DNA of 64,000 nt. Origin: Mobula birostris. Its lineage: Eukaryota. The notes under the pieces are model-generated. The model ran no database searches and had not been told where the DNA came from. It was given only the letters and a program-made list of their open reading frames with translations. This document shows positions 12,201 to 22,904 of this stretch, one piece after another. Location: contig NC_092384.1 of NCBI RefSeq assembly GCF_030028105.1, forward strand, positions 12,674,316 to 12,738,315, read 5' to 3'. Every line of letters starts with the position of its first letter. Positions within the stretch are counted from its first letter, which is position 1. A program made the translations under genes and the position numbers.

Positions 12201-15200
12201 CGAGTGTTCCCCACTCCCTCCGGCAAAGTGCATAGTTCTTGTATTATGCAAACCAGACTGTTGTCGAATAATCCGAATGTTGTTTAACCGGTCTGAGATA
12301 ATATTTCATACACTATTACATATTTTATATTCTACCTGCTTACCTATAAAAGTAAACTTCCTGCGCCATCCTCTGTTGCCACTTTACAGGAACTTGAGTC
12401 TAAAGGTTTGACCGTTGAAAACATTTCTTAGCACCCCAGCATTTATTGTATGTTTCCTGCCCCCTTATGACTTCCCAATAGGCATTACATGAAACTTGTC
12501 TGGATTAAGGCCCAAGTTCCAAAGCCTCTACCACTGTAATCGAATCTCTTACTGATTAATGTATTATTTATTGATGAGAAGTCGTTGAGAAGTATAGATT
12601 AAATGTAACGGATTTGAAAGGGAATTACTCGGCATGGTGAACTGGAGCGTGTAAAACTCAAAACTAAAGCGAGCATACTTTCAACAAATTTCATAGTTTG
12701 CAAATGGTATGATGCTGCTAGCCGACGTAGTTGGAAACAATATATCATTTTCACCCACTTCTGTACCACGACAGGGAATTTTATGATGTAGCAGCTGACT
12801 TACTCATTTTCACATCATTGTACTGCAGTTCAGTGTTCACTGTCCGTGAGAATCAAATTCTGTTTCGTCGAGCTATTGACTCTTTGAGGGTTTTCTTCGG
12901 AAAACCACAATATGAATATCCGAAGTGGCGTCATTATCGCTGAGATAGTGAGAAACAGCAAATGCTGTCGTGTAGTATGAACATGAATTGGGCATTAATA
13001 ACTGATATAGAATCTATTAATATCATTCCTTCAAATGCAACCTTCAGAATTAATAGACTTGTGCTTAATTAACGGGAAGTATTTCACTATCGCAACATCA
13101 TTTAATATGTTTTCCACTATCTGTTCCGCAGCAGTTCCAACTCCACTGAAGATTTCCGCGAAAAGAAATTCAGCTACAACTTTCATTATCGTGTGTGAAA
13201 CATCTGCCTTTTATCCCAAGAATTTCTCGCTTACTTGGTATAAAAATGGCATTGAAATAGCATTAGGCATACACACCAAGGTAAGGAAGGGCAACGACGG
13301 ACTTTATGTGGTTTCGAGCAACTTGAAGGAGACACAGCCGGTCCAGAACGACACAAATTATACCTGTTCGGTGTCTCATGTCTCCCTCAATATTTCAGCG
13401 GTGGCAGTCTATTCTATTTCCAAATCTAACCAAGGTACGAGGCCATTTCTTGTTAATATATCAAATATACATACAATATACTATCACTATTTGTTACTGG
13501 TCGCGAGGAAAATTCAGCTTAATTGAATTGAAAATGTTAAGTACAACGTAGTATTGAAGGCTTTTATTTAATATCGAATTCCATGTGTTGCAAGGCAGTA
13601 AACAATGAGCGCATTGTCCCGTGACTGTCATTTACATTCAAACTCTTTTCTATATTTTACAACTTAGAGAAACAAGTGCATCTATTTTAATAATTTGCGT
13701 TTCCACCCATGTTATTTGATGTTTTTTTTTTCTGTGCACTGGTTGATGACCAGAATTCCATCCTACACCAGTAATTCCGTTCCTTTCAGTTGCAGTGTTT
13801 GAAGAAGTTTCGGTTTGACCTCGAACTTCCATCATGTTTCACAGACATACACACACACACACACACACACAGAGGCAGGAAGATTCCCACTGTTGCTCGG
13901 GTTATTAGTACTATCACTTGCTGAAATTTCCAATACATATTTCTTAATTTCTATCCGTTCAAAATGAAAGGCGGGTTTGCCATCTTCGATATGATTGTGT
14001 CGCAGTGGTGTGTGTGTGGGGAGGGGGGGAGTGGCTGGGTTTATAACATAACAAGATATGATTTAATATATTATCAATCTCTGAATGGGAAAATTGTTTC
14101 AGACTCTTCCCAACCCCACCCACAATACTCCTATCATGTTTGTTGAGCAGCCTTGAGTTACAGGGAGTCTCAGGTCAATTCAACATAATTCAGCTGTCCG
14201 ATGGAAGAACAATCTCTGGGTTTATTTTGCTAAAAAAAAATGTCGCCATGCATTTTATTTACTTTTTCTCTCTTATTTCTTCCCTAATCTGTGCTGCGGG
14301 TTTATCCGCTTATTCACACACCCCAACGCCGTCCCAGCACAAGCACCAGCAGCCATCCTTCACCTACTCCCAAAAACGTGAATTATGTAATTACTTCGCA
14401 GCTTCCACAACGTATATTCTTACAATCTCCAGGTTCCTCTGGAAAAACCCTTTCCTCTTGGGTTCCCGGTTGTGCGGTGGGTGGACTGGCGTTTCTACTA
14501 CTGATAATCATCATTGGGACGTGGTACCGAAAGCAGGAAAATAAGGGTAAGTTTTAAAGAACATCTTTCAAATCTACAGTCAGGACAAAAAAAAAAACAA
14601 CAAACAAGAGGAAAAACATTTCAGCGATTTCAATGGAGCTTCAGTACTCTTTTTCACCTCCAAAGTCTGTATCACGTATTTCAGACATTTAATAGAAGCC
14701 AGTCATTCTATTCTCCGCCAGAAATTGAAAAGAGAACATTAACTGGTACTGTTTCGAAGCCACCGAAATAACAACCAGAAATTCAGCATGAGCTCCGACG
14801 GACTGCGGAAACAATGGAAGATTCTGTAAGGATTATATCAAAGATAGTAAAACCCATTTACTCTTTCAGCCAAGGGATTTGGTGCAACCTGCGGCGGAGT
14901 GTTTGGAACCCACGTTATTTATGAGATACCTGATAAAATGCTCAACCAAAATACTCAGTCGTGCATGCAAGACTGTGACATGAAATAGCTGTTCCATTCT
15001 CTACCCTTGTATTCCATTGGTATCCCGAGCGATTACTTTCATTTCCGGATTGGAGTAAGCAAGATCTGCAGATACACATATAGGTAGCGAATCTTCGGTC
15101 CGTTGTGTTTTCCGCCTCCCCTCGCAAGATTCCTATTGATCCGACGCTCCAATTTATTTTCCTGTAACGTTATGCTCACTATGTCCTGCGAAATGCACAC

Positions 15201-18200
15201 ACTTCAGGAAATTTAAAGTCGCCTAACCTGTATGAGTATGGATGCGGGAGGACTGTGGTGCATCTTAGAGAAACACATGTCATTACTTGGATGACGTGGT
15301 AGCATCTGATATTACAGGTCCACTGTAATTCATCCCTACAATCACCAAGATCCTATTCTGTAGTGAATACTGAACCGATCGCCGGAATTCTAGGCACTTC
15401 CTATTGCGCCACTGTGACATGTTTCATAAATATAATTATCCTTATCACAAGATTCCACAGATGCTGAAATTAGTGTATTACTATAAATATCTTTGTAATC
15501 ACTGAGGTAACAACTCGAGTCAATGGTGCTACATTTTCATGTCATATTTCGTTTCAGGTAAAGAGGAATGCGGTCCGGAAGCGAATCGACGTGAGGTTCG
15601 TTCATGCATTCATTTAGTACCGTATATTGTGGCCGTTCAATGGATGATGTGATAGGGACAGAATTAACGATATTCACATTATAACCAATAGTTATTAATC
15701 CAGTCAAGATGAAAAGAAAAGCTTACAAAAGATTCAAAAAATACTAAGTAATGATAGAGATCTAGAAGATTATAAGGCTAGCAGGAAGAGCTTAAGAATG
15801 AAATTCAGAGAGCCAGAACGGGCCATGGATAAAAGAAAACCACAAGGCATTCTACAAGTATGTGAAGAGCAAGAGGATAAAATGTGAGAGAATAAGACCA
15901 ATCAAGTGTGATAGTGGAAAAGTGTATATGGAACCGGAGGAGATAGCTGAGGTACTTAATAAATACTTTCTTCGGTATTCCCTACGGAAGGGATCTTGGT
16001 AATTATAGGGATGACTTAGAGCAGATTGTAAAGCTTGAACATATAGAAATTAAGAAAGAAAATGTGCTGGAGCTGTTGGAAAGCATCAAGTTTGATAAGT
16101 CTCCGGGACCGGACGAGATGTACCCCAGACTACTGTGGGAGGCGAGGGAGGGGATTGCTGAATCTCTGGCAATGATCTTTGCATCATCAGTGGGAATGGG
16201 AAAGGTTCCGCAGGATTGGGGGGTTGCAGATGGTGTTCTCTTATTCAAGAAAGGAGGTAGAGATAGACCAGGAAATTATAGACCAGTGAATCTTTATCAT
16301 AATCCGGTCCGTGAAGTCAGTATTCCGGTTCATGGTCTGGTCCGTGGGCTCCGGACTCCGGGTCTTTCGGCTGTCCCTTGTACCAGTTGGGCTTAATCAT
16401 AGGCACCTGATACTCGTCTTGAGGTTGGGAATATAAGTGGCCCTGGGTTCGAGTGTGGTTGCTGGTTTATCTCGTCAGTATCCCGTCCTCACCTCCGTGG
16501 GGTAAGTCAGGCTGTCTTTGCCGTTACCCTGCAGCTGGATCTGTTCCTTGCCTCCGTTGGGTAAACCAAGCCGTCTTTGGCATTACCCTGAGGCTGAACT
16601 GTTCCCTTCCCTTCCTCTTCCTTCTGAAGCCTTGCTTGCAACCTGTGTCTGGAGCCTTGCCTGCAACCTTATCAAATTCAACCATCGGAGTGAGACCGGA
16701 GCCTTGCTGTGTCAAGATAAAGAACTGTCTATCGTTGGGCTGGAGCTGTCTCTGTATCCACGCCTACGCTAGGTAGGTCCGGCCGTTTACTGCTACCTAA
16801 TATTGGGAACCGTCTCGTCGTGTTCAGCATTCTGTGTGTGAGTCCTGGCCCTATGTCCTGTTCCCATGGAGGGGTCCCGGCTCTGTGTTCCATGTCCTTG
16901 TGTTCCTGTCTCTCAAGTCCAAGGCTCCATGTTCCCGTGCTCTAGACCAAGGCTCTGTGTTCCTGTCCTCCCTAAGACCACGACTCTGTGGTCTGCGTTC
17001 CTGTCGTTGCAAATCCAGGGTTCCGAGGTTCCTGTCGTCCCAAGACCAAGGCTCAGCTGTTCCTGAGTACCAAGTCAAGGCTTCGTGTTCTCGTCCTGTC
17101 CATGTGCTTCATCCTGTGCTGGAGATCCCTCGTTCTGAACTGGAGTTCCTTCGTCTTGTCTAGGAGTCTCTCGTTCTGTCCTGTAGCTTCACCTAGTCCT
17201 GTCTCCCAAGACCACGTCATGTCTTCGCTTAGTTCTGGAGTCCGAGCCCGAGTCAAGACCCAGGTTCTGGGTCATTGTCTTGTCTCTGGCTCGGATTCCG
17301 AACTGAAGCCTCGTCATGTACTCGCCTCGAAGAACCCAAGCCTCAAAATGTCCTTGCCTCGAAGAACCCAGGCCATGAAGAACCTAAGACATGTCCAGTC
17401 CTGTAGCCACGTCATGTCTTTCCCTACTTCTGAGGTCCGAGCCCGAGTCAAGACCCAGGTTCTGGATCCTTGTCCAGTCTCCGGCTTGGGGTCCAAGCCC
17501 AGGCTCCTAGTTCCCAGTTCCTTGTCCTGGTCCCGCTTGCCTAGCCAATGTCCTAGCCCAAGTTGGTGTTCTTGTCCCAGCTCGCTTGTCAAGTCCTGTT
17601 CCTGTTCCTATCTACAGTAGATAATATTGTGAAAAGATTCAGAGAATTCAGAGACATCTCAGTGCGTAAAGGGCAAGGTCGGAAACCACTGTTGAATGTG
17701 CGTGATCTTCGAGCGCTCACGCGGCACTGCCTAAGAAACCGTCATGCTACTGTGACAATTATAGTCACCTGGGCTCGGAAGTACTTCGGAAAACCATTGT
17801 CACTCAACACAGTCCGTCGCTGCATCCAGAAATGCAACTTGAAACTGTATTACGCAAGGAGGAAGCCATACATCAACTCTATGCAGAAACGCCAGTGAGT
17901 TCTCTGTGCCGGAGCTCATCTCAGACGGACCGAAAGACTGTGGAACCGTGTGCTGTGGTCAGATGAGTCCACATTTCAGCTAGTTTTCGGAAAAAACAGA
18001 CTTCGAGTTATCCGTGCCAAAGATGAAAACGACCATCCAGATTGTTATGAGCGAAAGGTGCAAAAGCCAGCATTTGTGATGGTATGGGGGTGCATCAGTG
18101 CCCATGGCATGGGTGAGATGCATGTATGTGAAGGTACCATTGACTTTGAGGCGTATATTAGGATTTTAGAGAGACATATGTTGCCATCAAGGCGACGCCT

Positions 18201-19455
18201 CTTCCCGGACGTCCATGCTTATTTCAGCAGGACAATGCCAGACCACATTCTGCACGGGCTACAACAGCGTGGCTTTGTAGAAACAGAGTGCGTGTGCTTG
18301 ACTGGTCTGCTGCCAGTCCAGATCTATCTCCTATTGAAAATGTATGGCGCATCATGAAAAGGAGAATCAGACAACGGAGACCACGGACTTTTGAGCAGCT
18401 GAAGTCTTATATCAAGCAAGAATGGACAAAATTTCCAATTGCAAATCTACTACAATTAGTATCCTTAGTTCCAAAACGATTAAAAAGTGTTATTAGAAGG
18501 AAAGGTGATGTAACATAATGGTAAACATGCCTCTGTCCCAACTTTTGTTGAGTGTGTTGCAGCCATCAAATTCTAAATCTGTGTATGTTTACAAAATACA
18601 ATTAACTTGGTCAGTAAAACTATTGAAAATCTTTTTTTGTACTTTTTTCAGTTAAATAAAGGTTCACGTGAATTAACATATCACAGATTTTTGTTTTTAT
18701 TGCATTTTGGAAAATATCTCAACTTTTCTGGAAATACATTTCACCCAATGGACTTAAATGGTGTAAGCTAAGTTATTTCTTATTTTGTCAATGTACCTTG
18801 ATAACTGTTGTCATTTTTTTTTGAATTTAGTAGAATAATTTTATTTTTTTTATGTATTTGAAGCTGTCCAGCTTTTAAAACCTTTCATTGAAGGCCAATA
18901 GTCACATGTTTAATTTAATAGCTACAATGCCTTCACATTCGTAGTTTTATGCGTATAAATACGTATATTAATCTATCTCAAATTTAGGTAAATCTATTTA
19001 ACATTTGAAAATAATACTGAACAAATTAAGCTAAATAGCCAAATAACAATTGTTCGTCCCAAACTGTGCAGAAAACGGAATCTCCGATAGCTTGTTACTC
19101 CGCCGTAGACTTCAGGAGATTTAAGAATCCAGGACGAAAAGGCGATCGTGAAAAAATCGCATTTGGTCAGGTGAGGCTATGTAATAAGTCAGCGAAAGCG
19201 ATAGTGATTGAAACGGCAGAAGAAATGATTGTCATGGAAGGCGAGCAGAAACATACACAGAGCGTAAACAACTATCTAACATTATTTTTGTTATGTTTAC
19301 AGACAGTACAAGAAAATTCAAATGACGAGTTGTCTTATGCGACCTTGACATTGACTGGAAGTAAGAACCGGTGGAATACAGAATATGCTGGGCTGCAGAC
19401 ACACAAACAAATGGGAGAAACTGAGGTTGTTTATTCTAAAGTAAGGTCAAGCTAG
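9170..19455 (+). CDS. Spliced Ig-superfamily inhibitory receptor gene (leader-V-C1-TM-ITIM; SIRP/VJ-C1-like). Model A exons 9170-9218, 9379-9699, 13132-13434, 14433-14546, 15558-15595, 19303-19455; 978 nt, 325 aa
   Basis: All introns are GT-AG and exon phases are compatible (1,1,1,1,0). Canonical V and C1 cysteine/tryptophan motifs, a hydrophobic TM segment and ITIM motifs occur in the expected order. Confidence 0.8.
9379..9699 (+). CDS. Exon 2: Ig V-set domain with germline-joined J-like strand
   Basis: Acceptor ctaacttttccttcacag, donor AATG|gtaagt. Reads ADQITFSVTQLPKEAVVSKGGNVTFYC...VHWWKQG...DSGLYFCSVTRKGLSARNGTGSLLKVN. Confidence 0.92.
9926..10636 (-). mobile_element. CR1 3' fragment in intron 2, with 6 bp TSD
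   Basis: CR1 ORF2 C-terminal ORFs 10000-10311 and 10293-10544; (TAGAACA)n tail; GTTACT at 9920-9925 and 10637-10642. Confidence 0.9.
11181..12131 (+). mobile_element. CR1 3' fragment in intron 2
   Basis: LLFVIFINDLDEEVEGWVSTFADDTK RT motif (FADD), ORF2 C-terminus, (TATGTTTC)-like tail. Confidence 0.9.
13132..13434 (+). CDS. Exon 3: Ig C1-set domain
   Basis: Acceptor ttccgcag (tandem NAGNAG, alternative start 13135), donor CAAG|gtacga. Reads VCETSAFYPKNFSLTWYKNG...DGLYVVSSNL...YTCSVSHVSL (FYP..W..NG and YxCxVxH C1 motifs). Confidence 0.92.
13849..13871. repeat. (AC)n microsatellite in intron 3
   Basis: acacacac... read directly. Confidence 0.9.
14433..14546 (+). CDS. Exon 4: stalk, uncharged transmembrane segment, basic stop-transfer
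   Basis: Acceptor tacaatctccag, donor AAGG|gtaagt. Reads GSSGKTLSSWVPGCAVGGLAFLLLIIIIGTWYRKQENK. Confidence 0.88.
14722..14825 (+). other. Candidate cytoplasmic exon (phase 1 to 0) containing an in-frame TAA at 14769-14771
   Basis: Acceptor tcattctattctccgccag, donor TCT|gtaagg. Reads EIEKRTLTGTVSKPPK*QPEIQHELRRTAETMEDS. Confidence 0.45.
15558..15595 (+). CDS. Short cytoplasmic exon (GKEECGPEANRRE using donor at 15596, or VKRNAVRKRID using donor at 15591)
   Basis: Acceptor catatttcgtttcag; two adjacent donors GAC|gtgagg and GAG|gttcgt, each in frame with the terminal exon under one splice model. Confidence 0.55.
15695..16294 (+). mobile_element. CR1 ORF2 internal fragment (intronic)
   Basis: LELLESIKFDKSPGPDEMYPRLLWEARE...LLFKKGGRDRPGNYRPV. 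Confidence 0.88.
16295..17610 (+). mobile_element. LTR-like element with internal short tandem repeats (intronic)
   Basis: Begins tatcataatccggtcc, where an LTR would usually start TG. Shares motifs (ctccgtggggtaagtcagg; gtccgagcccgagtcaagacccagg) with 39840-41210, which ends in TGTGACA. Confidence 0.55.
17611..18735 (+). mobile_element. Tc1 transposon, 5'-truncated, disrupted transposase (intronic)
   Basis: IVKRFRE...GQGRKPLL, LWSDESTF, VWGCISAHG, DLSPIENVW motifs. Right end tttattgcattttggaaaatatctcaacttttctggaaat matches the ends of the 30.3-31.9 kb copy. Confidence 0.92.
19303..19455 (+). CDS. Terminal exon: cytoplasmic tail with LSYATL (ITIM), TEYAGL (ITSM-like) and VVYSKV (ITIM)
   Basis: Acceptor tttttgttatgtttacag (phase 0). 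Reads TVQENSNDELSYATLTLTGSKNRWNTEYAGLQTHKQMGETEVVYSKVRSS*. Confidence 0.85.
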   Translation, partial: TVQENSNDELSYATLTLTGSKNRWNTEYAGLQTHKQMGETEVVYSKVRSS

Positions 19456-19840
19456 CCACAGAATTATAGCTGCAGACAGTCCGTTTTTGATAAGCACTTA
19501 GAACACGCCAATAACAAGTCAACTCAGAAATATACGTGACAGGAAGCGCAATCGGTAATTTTTGTTCTTGTCTACTCCTCCAATCAATGAAGTTCTATTT
19601 CACTACTAAGGAAAACCTCACTTTATTACTCTGGATGTAAAATTGCGTCGTCCTCTGCAGTTCCTATACTCAATTGCTCTGCTCGATTAATATCATGGAT
19701 TCACTGTCCACTAGATGACAGCAATATTGTTCTCGTTTCTGTTCTGAATGGCTAGCTTCATATATTTGAACTGTGAATTCGAGTTCCACGTGCTAACTCC
19801 CCTAGGTTCTAAAAAGTTTCCACTGTATTCTGCTCATGTG

Positions 19841-19846
19841 AATAAA
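19841..19846 (+). terminator. Candidate polyadenylation signal of the receptor gene
   Basis: AATAAA about 390 nt after the stop codon; not verified. Confidence 0.35.
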
Positions 19847-20824
19847 ACCAATTCTCATTATTGCAAACTCAAGAGACGACAGGCATAGTCTGCTCGATCT
19901 CCCCCGTATCTCCATACTCGACAATCCTGCATATCCGTGAATTGAGCGAACTTTCACTTCTCTCCTTGTACGGCAAGAGTATCGTTCTTTTCGAGCTATC
20001 GGACGTGCTCGGCAAATGTGGTTATTTACAATGTCACTAAAACAGTTTTAGAATATTTAAGGTTATGTGTGTACGAATAATGACATTAATTTACTCTTTC
20101 AGTCCTGCCATATTACTAGTATCGCTGCAGTCAAATATCTTCAAATTGAACACTTAAAAAAAAAACTCTTTATTTACAGTATCATACAAATTATTCATAC
20201 CTACTCATTTTTAACCTGTGGAGTTTGAATCTCTTACCATCGTTCAGAACTTGCGGTGATACCAACACGGAGTGGGATAACTCTACTTGACACTTTAACC
20301 TGGCAAATGATTGGAGATTCCAGTTGTATTATGACTTCGAAGTATCATATCTCCCCGCGGCGTATGTAGAATCATGAAGCCTGTAATGCTGCAGGAAGCT
20401 TCATGACTCAGTTTGGTACTTTGAATCAACTGCTGACCACCCCCAACCCGCCCCAAGCCAAGTATATCTCGTTTTCATGCATGTATTCGAAAACTTACTG
20501 AATGATGCTCTTGTTTAGAAGAGTAAGAACTTGACTAATATTGTCCTTTTCTCGTTTAATGCATACACACAACAGTCAGTTATGCATTATGTTTACGAAG
20601 AGCTTCAAAGTTCTTGAGGAGAAACCAGTCAGCTTCTGTGTTTCCAAAATTCGGTTTGACTTGAATGCTGAGTCCCCAAACCCAACACCAATTTCCGACC
20701 TCATCACCAAAGAAAAATTCAAAATGAAAAAAAAACTGGTCGTGAATATTGCCTTACTGTTTATCTGCTGCTGTGTTTTTTTATTTACTTCAGTAATGCT
20801 TTAGTAATGGCAAGATGAACTATA

Positions 20825-21143
20825 CGAGGTGTGATTGATAAGTTCTGGCCTAGGGTAGAAGGAGATAATAATTATTAACTTCAAACTTTCTGCATAATCA
20901 CTCAAAGAATAGAAATGCATGTGCATGTACCGGGAGTTGAAAAACTCATTTTCTACCTTAGGCCATGGACTTAGCAATCACTGCTGCTGTTGAAACTTTC
21001 TGGAGGTCTAAGATCCGTATGCTCCACGACTGCTGGACTAAGCGTGTAAATATAGAAGGGGACTATGTTGAAAAATAAAAGTGCTACATTTACTAAAACT
21101 GACTCCTTCTACCTTAGGCCATGAACTTATAAATCACCCCTCG
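20825..21143 (+). mobile_element. Mariner-derived MITE with about 40 bp TIRs and TA duplication
   Basis: TA-CGAGGTGTGATTGATAAGTTCTGGCCTAGGGTAGAAGGAG ... CTCCTTCTACCTTAGGCCATGAACTTATAAATCACCCCTCG-TA. The internal remnant resembles the mariner C-terminus (LHDxWTK...GDYVEK*). Confidence 0.88.
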
Positions 21144-21659
21144 TATAGACAAAGAGATGCATATGGTTTGAGTAGCTGAAATGTCAGTACAGATAAAATA
21201 TAAATGGTTAGTAGAATTTAAGGTGGATAGTCAGCTAAATTTGTTTGAAACCAATTTAACGAAGCCGAGCTAACGTGCAGGATGTGGTCCTGTCACACAG
21301 TTCAAAACACCAATGCATTAAGTTCAAATTTAGCATTTACATTGTAACAGACGAAAACGTTCTAGCGTTGAACAGCAAAGATCACTTCAATGTATTGACG
21401 CATATGAACTTACAACAAAACCTGAATGGTAAAATAAACAGAAAATAGTTTTTTTTTTTAAATTTTGTGTACTATTTCCTAAATCCGGGTTTCAAGCGAT
21501 GTATATATTTGTTTGTAATGTTTATTTCACTTTGGTTTTCATTATAAATTGCCACAAGTGCTTTCCTAAATGCCGCAACTTGGATGAAATGGGGTGAAAT
21601 TTATTTGTGGGATTACTAGAGATCTGGATCTTTTATGAAGAAAATATAAAGAACACAAA

Positions 21660-22070
21660 ATACAATGGAAACAAGTGATTAGGGAAGTCAAAAGGGACCA
21701 GCAAATGTCCTTGGCGAGCAGGATTTTAGGGATTTTAAGGTGTTATACACATATCAAAATGTACATTGTAAACAAGAACCTAACTAGAAAGGGGATACGA
21801 TTGTGGAAATAAGAAGTGAGAAAACTAGGCTTAGAGTCATAGTGTGAGCGAGTCATTAAACGAATATTTGCACAAGTAAGTATATAGGCTGCAGGCGATT
21901 CATGGCCTTCTGCAGGGATCGATGCTAAATCCGCTACTTTTCACATTATATGTTAATGATATCGATGGTAGATGATGGTTTCGAAGCAAAGTCTGCATAT
22001 GATACAAATACAGGTGGAGAGGTAGGTATTGTTGAGGAAGCAGGAGGTATGCAGAAGGAATTTTCAAATT
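21660..22070 (+). mobile_element. Old CR1 fragments
   Basis: Degenerate cagggatcgatgctaaatccgctacttttcacattatatgttaatgat and gcaaagtctgcatatgatacaaa (PQGSVLGP / FADDTK region). Confidence 0.5.
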
Positions 22071-22439
22071 CCATCTCTGAAATACAGCTTCTCACTCCAA
22101 AAATTCGGCCATAATCCGTCAAGAATATTGCTGTACCGTTACAACGGTCCAGTTACTATTATGCAACACAGTTGGCAGACATAAACCCTTTTTGTATCCA
22201 TGGAACTTTCTTTTGCCTCTTCGCCACTTAAAGACAAAGTTTCTCAAATAGCTGAATTAGCTAATTGAGTTAAGATTTATTATGGCACACAATAGCGACT
22301 CGAGTTCATATCCGAAAACAACTTAAGTTCTATCTTTCAGGTCTCTCCTTTTCCTTCTCTGGGTGGATGGGGTTCGGTTGAAGACCCTGACCTAGAGTTA
22401 CGCTTAGACATTAGTTCTTTTCAACAGTAGGACCCGCTT

Positions 22440-22640
22440 CCCATGGCCCACAACCGGCCGTTTTTCTTTATCCTAAGGATGCGGACCAGAAAACTAGCGC
22501 TCCTTTGGAGTTCCGAGGTTTCGCGGGCCTGTGGACGTCTGATTCTAAGCCGGTGCCGCCGGCAGTAGCGTCACGTCAAAAAACGGAACATTGGGAACAG
22601 CGGATCAGCTGTCAGAGGCTCTGTACTGGGCGAATCTCGA
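22440..22640. promoter_or_regulatory. CpG-rich promoter-like segment with tandem CRE half-sites
   Basis: Dense CpGs compared with the flanks; CGTCACGTCA at 22569-22578 (two TGACG half-sites on the - strand). Confidence 0.4.
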
Positions 22641-22760
22641 TCTCCCTCTCCCTATTCCTCCTCTCTCCCTTCTCTTCTCCTTCCCCTCCTCCTCTTCCAC
22701 CCCATCCCTTCCTCCCCTTCCTGCTCCTTCTTCTCCTCCTCCTCCCACCTCTCTCTCTCT
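22640..22760. repeat. Low-complexity polypyrimidine/polypurine tract
   Basis: About 120 nt almost entirely C/T on the + strand, ending in (CT)n. Confidence 0.85.
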
Positions 22761-22904
22761 CGCACAACCCCCACATCCAGAGTTTTAACACCGTAAATCT
22801 GCGAGTTGCTTTGCTGTGTCTCCTTCTCGCTGTGAAAGGAGACATATCTTTTACTCTTTATTAGGGAGAGAGATCCTGTGCATGTCGAATTGTCCAATGG
22901 GGTA

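Noticed and set aside
9379-13434. Immunoglobulin or TCR locus (V plus C1)
   Set aside because: The V exon already contains the J-like strand, I saw no RSS or separate D/J segments, and the tail carries ITIMs rather than an antigen-receptor TM
13035-13526. 163 aa single-exon ORF
   Set aside because: Only 13132-13434 is the C1 exon; the flanks are intronic read-through
16453-17620. Multiple overlapping ORFs up to 210 aa
   Set aside because: They arise from repetitive LTR-like sequence poor in stop codons; no gag/pol/env motifs
22505-22897. Pro/Leu-rich and Glu/Gly/Arg-rich ORFs
   Set aside because: Artefacts of the CT-rich low-complexity tract
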